Origin: Eledone cirrhosa
Lineage: Eukaryota
Assembly (NCBI GenBank): GCA_964016885.1
Contig: OZ024742.1
Location: 305,102,001-305,166,000 of the forward strand
Length of the DNA stretch: 64,000 bases
Reading direction: 5' to 3'
A program made the position numbers and the translations under genes. Of the stretch, positions 43,387 to 57,887 are shown in pieces. Positions within the stretch are counted from its first letter, which is position 1; each line of letters starts with the position of its first letter. Below the pieces are notes generated by a model. That model was not told the origin of the DNA, made no database searches, and saw only the letters and a program-made list of their open reading frames with translations.

Positions 43387-44596
43387 TATGGTGAACTAAC
43401 TGTTGTGTAACCACTTCTACCTAACTCGTGCCTTGGACTGAGTGCTCTACCACTACGGATATTACCCTCCAGTGTTCCACCACTACATATATATATATAG
43501 TATAAAGCATAAAGATCCCATAACCCCTTGTGGAGTCGTAGAGGCACCGTCATATGTTGTATCTAGAGCACTTTTTTTAAACCTGTCGGGTCACGACTCC
43601 TTATAATATATATTACCTATTCATCTGTAAATATTGTTATGACCTACAGGCTACAAATCAACGACAAAATATGGGTTGCTTCAACATTTTGCCTCAGCTA
43701 GCTAGACATTGTATCTAAATTTCATTAGGTGCAGCAGTATTGTATTTAATACTAGAATGCAATACATATATTCAACATCATTATTGGCTGCCTGAGTATA
43801 CTGTGTAGAACTAAGAGAGAAAAATGAAAAATGCATGAATGGCAAGTCTAGGGTCCTTTGTATACAATGGCACAATATCACGCAGAAGGAAATATAAGAA
43901 GACAATAACATTTGTTATAAGAAAGTGCTATGCAAAGATGAAAAACATTGTCTTTTATATTAAGTTTTGATGTTTTGTATTGGTAGGAAATTTGTATTAA
44001 ATCTGTACTGTGGTTATAGTCGTAATTCGTTGTGTTGCATATTCTCTTATGTTGATATTGTCAAGCAGCGTTTTGTCATTTCGAAACAATAACATATTGG
44101 CAAGGGTTCAGCCTGGATATCTCCTCTACAAAAGCTGGCAAGTAATATTCCTGATTGAAAAAGTTGTCAAGCAAAATAAACAAAGATGGTGATAGGTGTG
44201 CGTCTTAGACAATTAGGCAGTCCAATGTAAACATATTAACAGCTAAAATGGCAAACGTCACAATGGAAGACTATTATTCAACATAACATAGTTGCTCTTC
44301 TTCCACTTGACAATAACTAACAGAGTGGGGATTATCAGAGTTGGAAAGATTGGTGGAAGGAAGAAAAGAATATATATTGATATGGACCTGATTAGATGGA
44401 TGGACAGATGAATTTCTGCATATACATCTGTCAATATATGTATTCTCATAGATTTGCTTGTGTGTGCGTTTGTGTTTGTGAGTGTGTCTGTGTTTGAAAT
44501 TTTGGAAATGGATTTAGACTTGCGCTTGCCTATGTATAAACACGCATGTACGTATGTATGTATGTATGTATGTATGTATGTATGTATGTATGTATG

Positions 44597-44903
44597 TTTT
44601 CTCTTTCTCTTAATTTCGAGTATATTTTTTTGACCGGCCACCTTCCTGGTGGCAAGGTTGTAAAAGAAAAGAAATTGTCATCCCTTGAATCGCAAGAATG
44701 TTTTGCATATTTTGAAGGTGCCAGCTATCGCAGCCATTAGTAGACTATGAATTAGGGAGCTGCGCTTTTTGTCCGCAAATCCAAGTTCGGTCATACTTTG
44801 GTCCAAGCGGGTAGGTATATAACCCGTAGCACCAATAATGATGGGTATGAAGCTAAAGGTGTATCTTGGATACTGGATTTGTAAGCTCCTCATCAATGGT
44901 CCG
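44597..44903 (-). mobile_element. 5'-truncated RLE-type (R2/R4-group) non-LTR element inserted in (CATA)n
   Basis: YGPLMRSLQIQYPRYTFSFIPIIIGATGYIP..LGF..AGTFKICKTFL resembles a restriction-like endonuclease C-terminus. (TATG)n lies on both sides. Confidence 0.75.
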
Positions 44904-45869
44904 TATGTATGTATGTATGTATGTATGTATGTATGTATGTATATACGTATGTATGTAAATATATTGGTGATAAATCTTACATTAGAAGCCACACCTTAGA
45001 CAAACATACACACAAGCACACAAATACACACAAACACGAAGATGTACTCTCTTTCATAGCGAGACTACACAAATGTTTATTGTATATAAACATATAGGAT
45101 ATGTTTTATATTTGTTTTCATAATAACCTCTATTATGATTAAACTCTGCCTTAGAGCTACTGCCATTTAATTATAACCAGCTATGTTCGTACTATACGTA
45201 AATGAGCATCTCCAGGAAGGAAATTTTGGATTTCTCCGAAGCCCAGCTAAGGTAAGAATTTCGAGACTATTAAATTGTTAAGTGGGGAATTTAGATCGAT
45301 GTGATGCCAGAGGCACAAATTCTAACCCAATATTTTGATCTTGATCCTATAGAATTTCTCAACTATAGCGATGACACGTGCATGGATATTTAGCTTCGGA
45401 GCACATCTATATTGATTCGTTCGTAGTAAAACGGCACTCATATAGAACAGTTTAACTAGGAAAGAGATGCGATACTTACACTTCCATTACCTTGACCTAA
45501 ATTTTGTTTTCACCCTCCGAAAAAGACCTGCCAACCACAATATTGGAAATTGCTTATTTACAAATTAGGATTAAGAGGTACTTTTCAAAAGGTAGTCCAA
45601 CTGACAGCCAAAATTCACCTGTCCATACAGAGGCAAGGTTTGCGATTGTTTTCGATTGCTATCAAGTGTGTTTGGCGTGAGAATGCTAAAAATAGCAGCA
45701 CCTTGCTCTGCCAAACAAAAGCAACTCAACAGGCAGTGAATTATAGTGTGGAATTTAGATCTGATTGATGCCATAGGCACAGAATCCAACACAATTTTTA
45801 GGACTTGCTTCTTATTAAACTACTCAAAGATAGCGATTCCACGTACGTGGAAAATTTGCTTCAAAGCAC

Positions 45870-45957
<88 letters not shown>

Positions 45958-46038
45958 TTGTACGCCGAAACACATGCTTGAGGGGAAGGTTCTTCTCCGA
46001 AGAGCTTCTGCTGTCCAGCTCTTCTGAGAGTTTCTTAC

Positions 46039-46274
<236 letters not shown>

Positions 46275-46466
46275 GGGGGGGGGCGGGTGTATGTGTAACA
46301 CATTGCTAAGAGATTGGTAACATATTAGTCCAGCAAACCAGCGATGTAAGTTCGGGTCCCATGTACGTCAATACTCATCCTTTTTTCCATTCAGAGGGTT
46401 TTTTGAAAATCCCAACTAACAGACTAATTTTATGTAGTCAAATACGGCGAAAGCAAATGTTACTGC

Positions 46467-46524
<58 letters not shown>

Positions 46525-46722
46525 ACAAAAATTGGGATATGGCGTGGTAGAGTCGGAAAGTGCTCTACTACAGAGATAGGAGCTAAATAACAAAGGAATT
46601 GTGGTTAGGAACCAAATGGACCATAACGCACCAGAGTACTCAATACTTAGGGTAAGAATTCTATTTAGACCAGAAATAGCCGTCGAAACGGCTTGAGCTC
46701 TGCCGTCGGGGTCATACTTTTT

Positions 46723-46772
<50 letters not shown>

Positions 46773-47137
46773 TATGTGTGTATGTGCGCGAACGTTTGTG
46801 TGTATGTGTATATTTACATATATACATTTGTGTGTATGCATATAACTTATTTCACCTCCATGTTAAGAATGAATATACAATCTGGGAAATATCTTTATGA
46901 TGTGCGTCAAATCATCATTTCCTCCAAACATCAACAGTTAGGTCATCTGCAGTTCAAATATATTATGTAGTAAGACTGTGAAGTTATGGAGATGGGCATT
47001 TAGGGAGATAGAGAAGCAGGAGTGGATGTATGGTGATAGATGAAGAATAATGTAGATAGACAGACATACAGACAGGCAGACAGGCAGACAGATAGATAGA
47101 TAGATGGATGGATGGATGGATGGATTGATAGATAGAT

Positions 47138-47335
47138 ATGTTTCTTAATTAGCCACAGGGGCACAAAAGAAGGAGACAAATACAAAGGGGAAGTTTACAT
47201 ATAATAAAAACGTGTAAAATACTATCACAAATTCAATTTAGAAATTAATCGATTTTCCCCAATAGGGGGAGACATTACATATGAGTAACACATACCCCCG
47301 GAAAAAATGTGCAACCCTCATCTCCAGGAGTACGA
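47138..47335 (-). mobile_element. 3'-UTR-only copy (D) of the Tx1-like family
   Basis: AAAAGAAGGAGACAAATACAAAGGGGAAGTTTACA and ACCCCCGGAAAAAATGTGCAACC match the 3' UTRs of A, B and C; the 3' end abuts (GATA)n. Confidence 0.8.
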
Positions 47336-47342
47336 AGAGTGA

Positions 47343-47560
47343 GTTAAGTTAAAGTTTATTCTAACCCGAAGGCTCATCAGGCTGGAGCCTATCCCCAGTT
47401 ACCTTGGCGTTAAGCGATTGAGAGTACAAGACTCTCCCTGGATAGGACGCCGGGCTATCATACAAGTAACTCCGGCTTCTTCTGTTACTTGCTCTCAGAT
47501 GAGTGTACTCGAGCAACATGAAATAAAGTATGTTCCTCTAGAATACAATGTAGTAACCTG
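47343..47560 (-). mobile_element. SINE/L2-type 3' tail fragment
   Basis: GGCTCATCAGGCTGGAGCCTATCCCCAGTT...CTCTCCCTGGATAGGACGCC resembles L2-mobilised SINE tails (from recall). Confidence 0.45.
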
Positions 47561-47662
47561 TCGAGCAAAGGGGCATGCGGCTTCACTATCATCTAAATTG
47601 CATACCCATGTATATGTGTATATATATATGTATGTATCTAAGTATGCATGTATGTACGTACC

Positions 47663-47722
47663 TATATCGCAAAATATATGTCGGTTTGTGATACCATGTA
47701 CTTACATTAGAAGCCACACGTT

Positions 47723-47815
<93 letters not shown>

Positions 47816-47869
47816 GCTTGTAATGTAAGTACATGGTATCACAAACCGACACATATATTTTGCGATATA
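47663..47869. repeat. Fold-back structure: arms of about 57 bp around (CA)n(TA)n(TG)n
   Basis: TATATCGCAAAATAT..TGTCGGTTTGTGATACCATGTACTTACATTA.AAGCCACAC is repeated in inverted orientation at 47811-47869. Confidence 0.88.
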
Positions 47870-47888
47870 TTTACATACTGTACATATT

Positions 47889-47950
<62 letters not shown>

Positions 47951-48627
47951 CATGCATGTACGCAATGGCGAAAATTAAATAAAATGCGAGCGAATGAATG
48001 CCAATGGCTTCTCTGTTTCTAGTGAGCAGCAATTTACAGTATCCACAACTGTATTTATAGTGGCGTGATGAATCGGAGTGTTCCATACTTGTACTGGTCG
48101 GTTCCTGTAATGCTAGCTGCTCACAAACAAAGATTCATTCTAAATACAATCGAACCCATTGCAATTAGATTTTTGTCAAAGCTTTGGCAGGGCAATAGAA
48201 AAACTTTGTCTTGAATTTCTAAATTCTGCTTCCTCATAAATATCTCTCTCTTGTGTGTATGTTCGTATTTCGTGGCGCCTCCAGTCGGCTAACACATAGA
48301 ACTAATGTGACTCAACGGTCTATCACCATCTTCAAAAGAACTCACATGTGGCCGAATTTTCGCTAACCAGTTTACCAATAATGGCGTGTAACACACCTCC
48401 AACGTGGCAGTCATTATATAGATACACTCTCAGGCATACACACATACACACACACGTGCTCACAAATAAACACACAAACACAGCCATACACATTAGTATA
48501 CACACGAGACTTCCTAATCCATTCACGTCCCTTCTCTCTCCGTCGTCTCACAAACACACATATTTGCATACACTTGCATACAAGAAAGCAAACCTGCACC
48601 CACACGCACTAACGCATACACACACTA

Positions 48628-48660
<33 letters not shown>

Positions 48661-49083
48661 AATCTTAACATACCACTTCTACCTCCCTACCTCCACTATT
48701 TGTCATTCCTTACACAATTTTTGTTTTTCTTGTTATTGTTCTTTTTTCACACTATCTCTGTCATATAATCAACGATTTTACTTTTATATATTTCTCTCAT
48801 ACTATCAATCATACATACACACACACATACATATATGCACACATACATACATGCACACAAGCAAACGCAGAGAGAGAAATTCAAGCATACACACACAGGA
48901 ACATATGTGCAGACACACACGTACATGCGCCAGTCACACTTCATTTCTCACCCTGCCGTCAAAGGAATATACAACTCTCCCTCTCTTTCTGTCTCACTCT
49001 CTGTCTCTTTCTTTCTCTCCTTCTCTCTCTTTCTCACTTTCTATCCATCTATTTCCCTCCCTTCTTTGCTCTTCCATCCAAGT

Positions 49084-49114
<31 letters not shown>

Positions 49115-50089
49115 ATCTCTCTCTCTATCTATCTATATATCTATCTCTCTTTCTCCGTCCTTACTTAACACGAACCCATTCATTTTCTCTGTCCCACCCA
49201 CACTCTCTCCCTTTCCGTCTCTTCCATTATCCCCCTCTCTATCTCTTTATTTTCCACTCTCTCTCTCTCTCTCACTCTCTCTCTCTCTATCTCTCTATCT
49301 CTCTATCTATCTATTTTTCTCCATTTGCTCTTCCACCCTCTCCCTCCATCCCCATCACCAACCCTTTCATTTTCTCTGTTCCTCCCACACTCTCTCCCTT
49401 CCCTCCTACATTTCCGTCTCTTTTATACAACCCTCTCTCTATCTCACACACCCTCTTATCCTTCTTATCCTCTCTCTCTCTCTCTCTCTCTCTCACAAAT
49501 CCAGATACCACCACACATATATCTCTGTTTTACTCATGGTCCCATGTATACAGTCACATTAACCTATAATGACGTACACAGACGAATCCTTTCTCTTAAT
49601 TCCTATCTCTCTCTCCTTCTCTATTTATCTCTAATGTCCTCTCATTCTCACATTACTTCTCTTCTATTCAACCCCTTCATGCATATTGGGGTAGTTTTCT
49701 TTCATCCTGCTATACACACATATATCTGCCTTTATCACTTTATCTCTCTCTCTCTCCCTGATTCCTTCATCATCCCCTTCTGTCTCATATCCACACACTA
49801 ATACATACACAGACACACACACAGACACACACATATATATATGTGTGTGCAATGTATATACACACACACAGTCGCAAGTAGAAGGGGACACACAGTTGCA
49901 TTCTGTGGCGAACTAACACCAATAAAAGCGACCGTATCGCTGAGCTGGTGTGGGACTTAATTGGAAAGTGTAAAAAGATTCAGTGGACACAGTTATTATG
50001 ATAACATGCAGCGTGTCTCTGTGTTCTATTATATATGTATTTATGTGTATGTATGTTCGTGTGTATATAAGTGTATGAGCATAAGTATG

Positions 50090-50198
<109 letters not shown>

Positions 50199-50794
50199 AT
50201 GTGCGAATGTATATGTATGAGTACGTGCGTGTGCAAAAACATACATATATACATAAATACATACATATATACATACATACATACACACACACACTCATAT
50301 ATACATATAAATAAATATATATATATATATATTTACATATATTCAATTGTGTGTGTGTGTGTGTATTTATGCATGTTTGTATATATGTGTGCATTAGCGT
50401 GTTTATGTGCGTTCCTATGTATGTATGCGAGTTCTTGCGAAAATCTCGAGGGGAACTTCTTATATTATTAAACGTGCTGTGTACGCACACGTTGTAAGTG
50501 TCTGCAGAGCTTTTGATGTGAACGTGTGTGCCAATGAAAAATAGCCGAGCGTAAATATGAAAGAATGCGTCGAGTATATTAGCTTCGTTGATTACTGCAG
50601 CCTTTTTACCTGACTTCACCAACATGGTGGCTTGTTTATGTATGTTTGTACAAACACACATACACACACGCGAAACTCCGTTTCTATAAAGGACAATAAA
50701 ATGCGCAGAAATACGCACGCATTCATAATATACGCAGAAATACGCTCACATAATATACATATATATATGTATATGTACACATGTATGTGTGTAT

Positions 50795-50833
<39 letters not shown>

Positions 50834-50899
50834 CATACATACCCACTCACACACAGACACACACATTTATATATATATATGTGTGTGTGTATATATATG

Positions 50900-50938
<39 letters not shown>

Positions 50939-51033
50939 GTGTGCGTGTAATTTATAGGCAAACAAATGGTAAACAGAGAAGGTTAGTGGATACGGAAAAC
51001 AACAACAACAACAACAACAACAACAGCAACAAC

Positions 51034-51085
<52 letters not shown>

Positions 51086-53175
51086 CCTTTTAATTTGCCA
51101 CAAGGGTTTTTATTCTTTCATACAAAACGTTGTACAAAAGAATTGCAGGATGTAGTGATAAATAAACCGAAAATTAGTACAAAGCTCTGCATAATATACA
51201 CAAATGTATTGAGACAATTGTGGCAATTGTAGAAATATATAAAGTCACGTATAAATATATATAAATAAATGTTAATAAATTTAAAGAAAACAAATAACAA
51301 GAAACAAAGGTATTTCATCCAGTCAATTGCCAGTGTGATAGGGACTTACTGAAGAAGCAGTACCGAAATTTTGATGTCCACTGCCAACATTTGCACCGGA
51401 ACATATAATTTATACTATACTAAACATATATTGTGTGCTTTTCAGTTAAAATGTTAACGTCCTTTTTACATAAAACACAATATTCAGTTGATATAAATAT
51501 ACATATCTTAGTTAAGGATTTCACTTAACAATCTTACGTTTCTGGATTTAGTCCCGGTGCGCAGTCACTTGGGCAAGTCTGTTACTATAACTTCAGGTTG
51601 ACCAATGCCGTGGGAGTGTAATTTGGTTGACAGAAATCGGAGAGGCCCTTCGTATATATAAATTTGTTTGTTTGAATGTGTGTGTATGTGTGTGAGTGTC
51701 TATTCATCTTTATGTTTACGTTTGGGCCAGTAATGTAACAGTTCGACAAAAATAGAGTTGAAAAATATAAGTACCAGACTTGACAAATTAAGATTAAGTA
51801 CACGCATCAAATTTTTATTATTCAGTCTCATCTAGTGTATATAAAATACCGATGTAGAACCTAACATACATAATCGGTTCTGATTTTGGCACATGGCTAA
51901 CAATTTTTGGGAAAGGGAAAATCGATTAAATTGACCCGAGCGCATTACTGGTGCTTATTTTATCGACCCCGTCAGGATGAAAGGCAAAGCTAACCTTGGC
52001 GGGATTTGAACTCCTAACTTTAAGAGACGTAACTATATGTCCCAGAGCATGTTGCCCAACGCCTTACCGGTATTACCCATCCAACGCCCTAAAACGTAGC
52101 GTACATAGTGCTAAGGCATTTTAATTCATTAAAATTACTCCGATGAGGATAAGGTGTATATAGAAAAATGATTAATCCTTGATCTTTCAATAAATAATAA
52201 GAAACATTGAATACGTTCATTTATTGGGCAAGTACGATGCCAACATCGGACAAGTTTGGGTCGTATTAAACCTCCTCAGTGAAAGAAGATTGATATATAT
52301 ACAATTTTGAGTGATTAAACAATCATAAGTGCGACAGCTTCAAATAATTTCGCAGGTACATCTTCATGAAAAACAAATATGAAGATGGCCTCACTGTTTT
52401 TTTTTTTTTTGGGGGGGGGGGGTCTTTCCCCCAGACATTTCAGATGTACTTTAGTATTTCTTGTCAATCTACTAGTGCTCCATCGATATACTTCTTTCCC
52501 ATCCATATTTCTATAATCCACCCCCCACCCCCGTAACTCCAACCCAACTTCCCTTACCTATTTATCAGTTTCTGTCTATCTATCTCTCACCTCTCACTCA
52601 TGTCTGTCTCTACTTTCTATGCTCTCCCTCTTCTTCATTACATTCGTTTTCTTTTGTGTTCTCTCTTTGCAGATATTCGCAATATTTCCTTTTTTTTTTA
52701 CTTTTTTATTTGTTTATTTCCTTATGTCTTTCCTGCTATTTTTCTTATTATTAATTTCTTTCTTTTTCTATTCTCTGACCTTCACCTTCCTTCTCACTTT
52801 CTTCCGATCATTCATTGTTTTTACCTTCATTTTTATTCTATTTTTACATGTTTCTTGCTTTGTTTTTCTTTTAATTTCTCCGTTTACTTCGATTTTTTCC
52901 GTCCTTTCTTTCTTGATTCATGTTTTGCCCTTTCTTTCAATCGTTCTCTCATTCTATCGTATCTGACATTCATTCTTTTCTAATTATTTCACCTCCACTT
53001 CTCCAATTTTCCCATCAATCCACAGCCACAATCCATTCATTTATCCCCGTTCCTAGTTTTTATCTGCTCTTCGCTTACACTCATTACTGATATACCAATG
53101 GTATCATTGTCATCATCAACATCAACATTACCCCTCTTTCTTTCAATCGTCATCAGCAACATTACCATCGGCTAC

Positions 53176-53231
<56 letters not shown>

Positions 53232-53659
53232 CCACCATCCTCAGCACCCCCATTACTTCTACCAATAACAGCACCATCATCATCATCATCATCATCCCCA
53301 TCCTCAGACTACTACCAACAGCACCAACATCATCATCATCATCATCATCACCAATACCACCAACACAACCGCAATCATCAATATCACGATCATCACGAGC
53401 AACATCAATACCGCTTATCACCTCCTTCATCATCACCGTGACTACACCCACAACTCCCACCACCAGCATCATCATTAGATCTAAAATATAATGTTGTAAT
53501 AGTAACAACGGAACGGGAGAGCGATAAAAAATCAAAGAAAGATCAAATCAAAGTTACTAATACATAAATAATTGAGTAAAGACCGACCAGAAAATTAAAA
53601 TAAAAAAAAAAGAAGAGGAAATCTGTGCTGAAGAAACACACAAATTAAAGGAAGACAAG

Positions 53660-54055
53660 ACAGATTGGGCAGAATAGCGAATGAGAAAATGAAAGAAGGA
53701 AAGTATGGGAAGAAAAGCGAATGAGAAAATGAAAGAAAGAAAGGGCAGAAAAGCGAATGAGAAAATGAAAGAAAGAAAGGGCAGAAAAGCGAATGAGAAA
53801 ATGAAAGAAAGAAAGGGCAGAAAAGCGAATGAGAAAATGAAATAAAGATTGGGCAGCAAAGTGAATGAGATAATGAAAGAAAGAGAAGAAAAGCAAATGA
53901 GAAAATGAAAGATAGAAAGGGCAGAAAAGCGAATGAGAAAATGAAATAAAGATTGGGCAGCAAAGTGAATGAGATAATGAAAGAAAGAGAAGAAAAGCAA
54001 ATGAGAAAATGAAAGATAGAATAGGCAGCAAAGTGAATGAGAAAATGAAAGAAAA
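53660..54055. repeat. Purine-rich minisatellite of about 36 bp with higher-order duplication
   Basis: GAAAAGCGAATGAGAAAATGAAAGAAAGAAAGGGCA at 53712, 53748, 53784 and onward. Confidence 0.85.
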
Positions 54056-55025
54056 GAAGAAAAATGGAAAGACAGAAAAAGCGCGCGAGTATAAGAATGA
54101 AAGAGGCAGTAAGAAAGAGCGAAAAAAAAAGAAGTAACAAAAAGTAAAAAAAGTGTTGGGAAAAAGAAAATGAAAGAAAGTTTGAGAAAAAAATAGAACG
54201 AACGAAAAAAGAGCGAGTGAAAGAATTAAAGACCAACGGAAAGACAGAAAAAAGAATAAAATAGAAAGAAAATGTAAAAAAAACATATATGAAAGAAAGA
54301 AAGAGCGATAGAAATGTGAAAATATGCCACTGAAAGAATGAAAAATTGAAAGCACTGAATATAGTGTAAATGAAAGTTAGAGAGAAAAACAGAAAGAAAG
54401 AAAAAAGAAAGATAGATAGATAGATAAATAGAAAGGAAAGAAAGAAAAAAGGAAGAAAGAAAGAAAGAAAGAAAGAAAAAAAGAAGGAAGAAAGAAAGAA
54501 AGGAAGAAAGAATGAAAGAAAGAAAGGAAAAAAGAAAGAAAGAAAAAGAACGATATAAAAAAAGAAAGAAAGAAAAAGAAGAATGATAGAAAGAAAGACA
54601 TAAAGAAAGAAAGAGAGAAAGAGAAAGAAAGGAAGAAAGAAAGGGATGAAATGTGTTATAATGTACTCGGTGAAATTGTTGTAGCCGCCAGTGATGTTTC
54701 CATTGTAGAGAAAGAGAAACATAGAAGACACATGGTCTATAATTTACAATTGTCTTTAAAATAATCATAACAATGCCACATTAGATGGTGGTTTGGGCAA
54801 TTGTTACTTATAAGAAGGGGAGAGGGGCTTCAAAGTCAAAGCGATAGATAGATAGAGAGAGAGGGGGGGAGGGATCGAGAAAGATGGTAAGGTAAATAGA
54901 TATGGATAGTGGAATAAATAAGACTATATATGCACACACACACATATATATATATATATACGCGCGTGTGTGTATATATATATATATACTGTATATATAT
55001 ACTGTATATATATATACATATATAC

Positions 55026-55079
<54 letters not shown>

Positions 55080-55331
55080 TACAGTATATATATATATATA
55101 TATATATTGTTTTTATCATATATTTTGTTTGACCTATTTAGCTTGATTTGTTTTTTCGCTTAGGTGGTTAATGCATTCTTAACCACTTTTTCAGTTTGTA
55201 TGGCGTTTTAACATATTGTTTAGCTCTAGTTTTCTTAACTATTGGAGCGCTTGCCAGCATTTCTACGATTTTGCGTTTCGTTTCGCTTTTTCTACCAGCC
55301 GAAATACGATTCTCGCTGAATTATATATATA

Positions 55332-55516
55332 TAACGAAGGAAATGTGGTAAGGAACCAGGTGGACCATAACGCACCAAAGTACTCAATACTTAGGGTAGT
55401 AGAGTGGGTAATAGGAACGAGTAGGACCCCGACGGCTGAGCTCAAGCCGTTTCGACGGCTAATTCTGGATTAGCCGTCGAAACGGCTTGAGCTCAGCCGT
55501 CGGGGTCCTACGCGTT

Positions 55517-55521
<5 letters not shown>
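55332..55521. mobile_element. PLE-like pseudo-LTR remnant forming a hairpin with 53-bp arms
   Basis: Arms 55411-55463 and 55469-55521, loop TCTGG, one mismatch; same family as 9063-9229. Confidence 0.75.
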
Positions 55522-55606
<85 letters not shown>

Positions 55607-55741
55607 TGTATATATATATATATATATATATACTGTATATATATATATATATATACATATATGCTGTATATATATATATATATAAATAAATAAATAAATA
55701 AATATATGTGTATATAAATAAATCTGTATATGTGTATATGT

Positions 55742-55783
<42 letters not shown>

Positions 55784-56114
55784 ATATGTGTGCGAGAGAG
55801 AGAGAATGAAAGCAGGTAGTAAGCATTGTTTTTAGTATAATTTAAAATTGAGTATCATTATATCAAGTGCCATTATATAAGACTATAGGTTAATATGTTA
55901 CAGGCATTCTAAAATATAGAATATAACGTCCAATTTGTTAAATTAGTGTGTATTTGTTAAGTTGGTGTATGATATAGTAAATCAGTGAATATAAGTTAGG
56001 GTATGTTTGTAAATTTAGTGCATGTTTGGTAACAATCAGCTGGCTAAATGAGTTGTACTTGTAGTTTAAAGTGTTTGACATGTCACACATTGTCGTGCTG
56101 AATCTGAGTTTCGT

Positions 56115-56500
56115 TAGGGGTCGACGTTGTGAAGCTATCGTCGATGGTCTCGGCTTGCACTCATCTTGCTATCAGACGCAAGCCCTTTCTCCCGATATGC
56201 CGCTCTCAACAAAAGAATGAGAAGGAGATTAGATGAAACCTGCTTTCCGACACAAGTGGAGCCAGGGAACTTCGACCGTAGTAACGGCAATGCCCCAACG
56301 AAATGACCCTCTTCCCTTTCGAAGGAGGTAAATCCCTCGTCTGGGACGCAACATGCTGTAACGTTCTCCGCCTCCAACTCAGTCCTCTCGGCCACAAATC
56401 CGGTACCACGGTTCGTAAAGCGGAGGATAGGAAGACAAGCAAATAACAGGGCTTGTCCGGCCCATTGCTCTTTCCACCAGGCGTCGTCGAGCCCTCATGT
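56115..56500 (+). mobile_element. Degraded CRE-like non-LTR element (zinc finger plus restriction-like endonuclease)
   Basis: Manual translation across frameshifts gives RCEAIVDGLGLHSSC..SRYAALN..RRL..EPGNFDRSNG..MTLFPFEGGKSLVWDATC..KAEDRKTSK, matching the EP.GL.R.DGKRPDG.TL.PW..G..L.WD.TC..AE..K..KY pattern. Confidence 0.7.
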
Positions 56501-56796
56501 GTCCTCAGACTACGGTGTTCTTCTTTCTTTCGACAACTATAAAATGCGTGTGTGTCTGTCTATATTTGTGCTATAGAAAGGAATTTACGTTTGACCTTTT
56601 GACATGTGATATAAGACATACATACACACATACATACATATTTGTGTATAGAAGTTATTTGTGTATTAAAACTAGACTTTTATCCTTTTGTTATAACAGA
56701 AATATGATGTACTGTGTTATCTATGTTTCATATAGTTTAGTAGTTATTTGTTGTGCTGTATTCATCTTATGATAATGAACTTTCTTGTTTGTTCCA

Positions 56797-57135
56797 GTTT
56801 ACTATCGTTTAATATAATATAGTTTACACGGTCACCTTTGTAAACTTGATAGCCACTTTCTTTTAGTTAACTATCGTTTAATATTGTATAGAGTACATCA
56901 TCCCCTTTGTAAACTTGTTTGCCGCTTTCTTTTAGTTAACTATCGTTTAATATTGTATAGAGTACATCATCACCTTTGTAAACTTGTTTGCCGCTTTCTT
57001 TTAGTTAACTATCGTTTAATATAGTACAGTATAGGCCATTAACTTTGTAAACTTGTTTGCCGCTTTCTTTTAGTTAACTATCGTTTAATATAGTACAGTA
57101 TAGGCCATTAACTTTGTATACATGTTTGCCGCTTA
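56797..57135. repeat. 69-bp tandem repeat, about 5 copies
   Basis: AGTTAACTATCGTTTAATA at 56865, 56934, 57003 and 57072. Confidence 0.92.
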
Positions 57136-57479
57136 CTTTAATATATTTTCTATCTCTCTTCTTTATGTTATTTCACTGATATTTCATCGTTCGTGTAATA
57201 TCGGTTTTATCTCTCTCTTTACTGCATTTACACATTTCAGTTTTCTTTCCTCAATTCAATCACCTATCATTTGCATTCAGTGGTGGTAGTAATAATGATA
57301 GTAATGTTAGTAGTTGTGTTGTTGTTGTTATTTATCCTCAGGTCATCCCTGATTAAGCAAAGAAACGAAAAATTTAAATATTCCAAATATTGTTTCTTTC
57401 TTTTTATCTACTTTGTGTATGTGTGTATATATGGATGACATCGCAACGAGTATCCTCCACCTCCAACTAACTTATTCTC

Positions 57480-57857
57480 TGCCTCTTGATGACTGATCTA
57501 TCAATCCTAACTGACGATAACATTTCTGCCAAGGAAATGGAGAAACTGTCCAAATATATAGATCTAGAGATAGAAATAACCCGAACGTGGATATTGAAGA
57601 CAGAAACAACACCTATAATGATATAGGTACTTTAGGAATGATAAAATAACAGGCTGACAGATACATAACCAAAACTCCAGGACCCACAAATATATACATC
57701 ATACAAAATATAGTACTACTAGGCACTGCACACATATTACGAAGAGTACTCTCAATACAATAGAACAAACACCAACAAAACTCAGACTGCACATACTCAA
57801 GGCGCACAGAACTGCGCTCGGTAATGCTGTGGTAACGCACAAAATGATAATAATAAT
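57480..57857 (+). mobile_element. R4/Dong-like non-LTR element 3' fragment
   Basis: Manual translation: DDNISAKEMEKLSKYIDLEIEITRTWILKTETTPI..GTLGMIK..IQNIVLLGTAHILRRVLSIQ*; ends in a short (TAA)n. Confidence 0.82.
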
Positions 57858-57887
57858 TGTTTCTACTTTTGGCACAAGGCCCTCTCC

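Larger units (their letters stand above)
42497..43410 (+). mobile_element. 5'-truncated Penelope-like element with inverted terminal copy
   Basis: RT C-terminal remnant ([35 protein letters not shown]), GIY-YIG ORF and hammerhead; 29-bp inverted repeat 42497-42525 / 43382-43410. Confidence 0.9.

Noticed and set aside
53557-54768. Phe/Ser/Leu-rich ORFs up to 378 aa
   Set aside because: Antisense translation of a purine-rich minisatellite and (GAAA)n.
56305-56350. Minus-strand hammerhead-like CAGACGA...GAAA
   Set aside because: Core mismatch and no stem I or III; the region is better explained as CRE-like endonuclease coding sequence.
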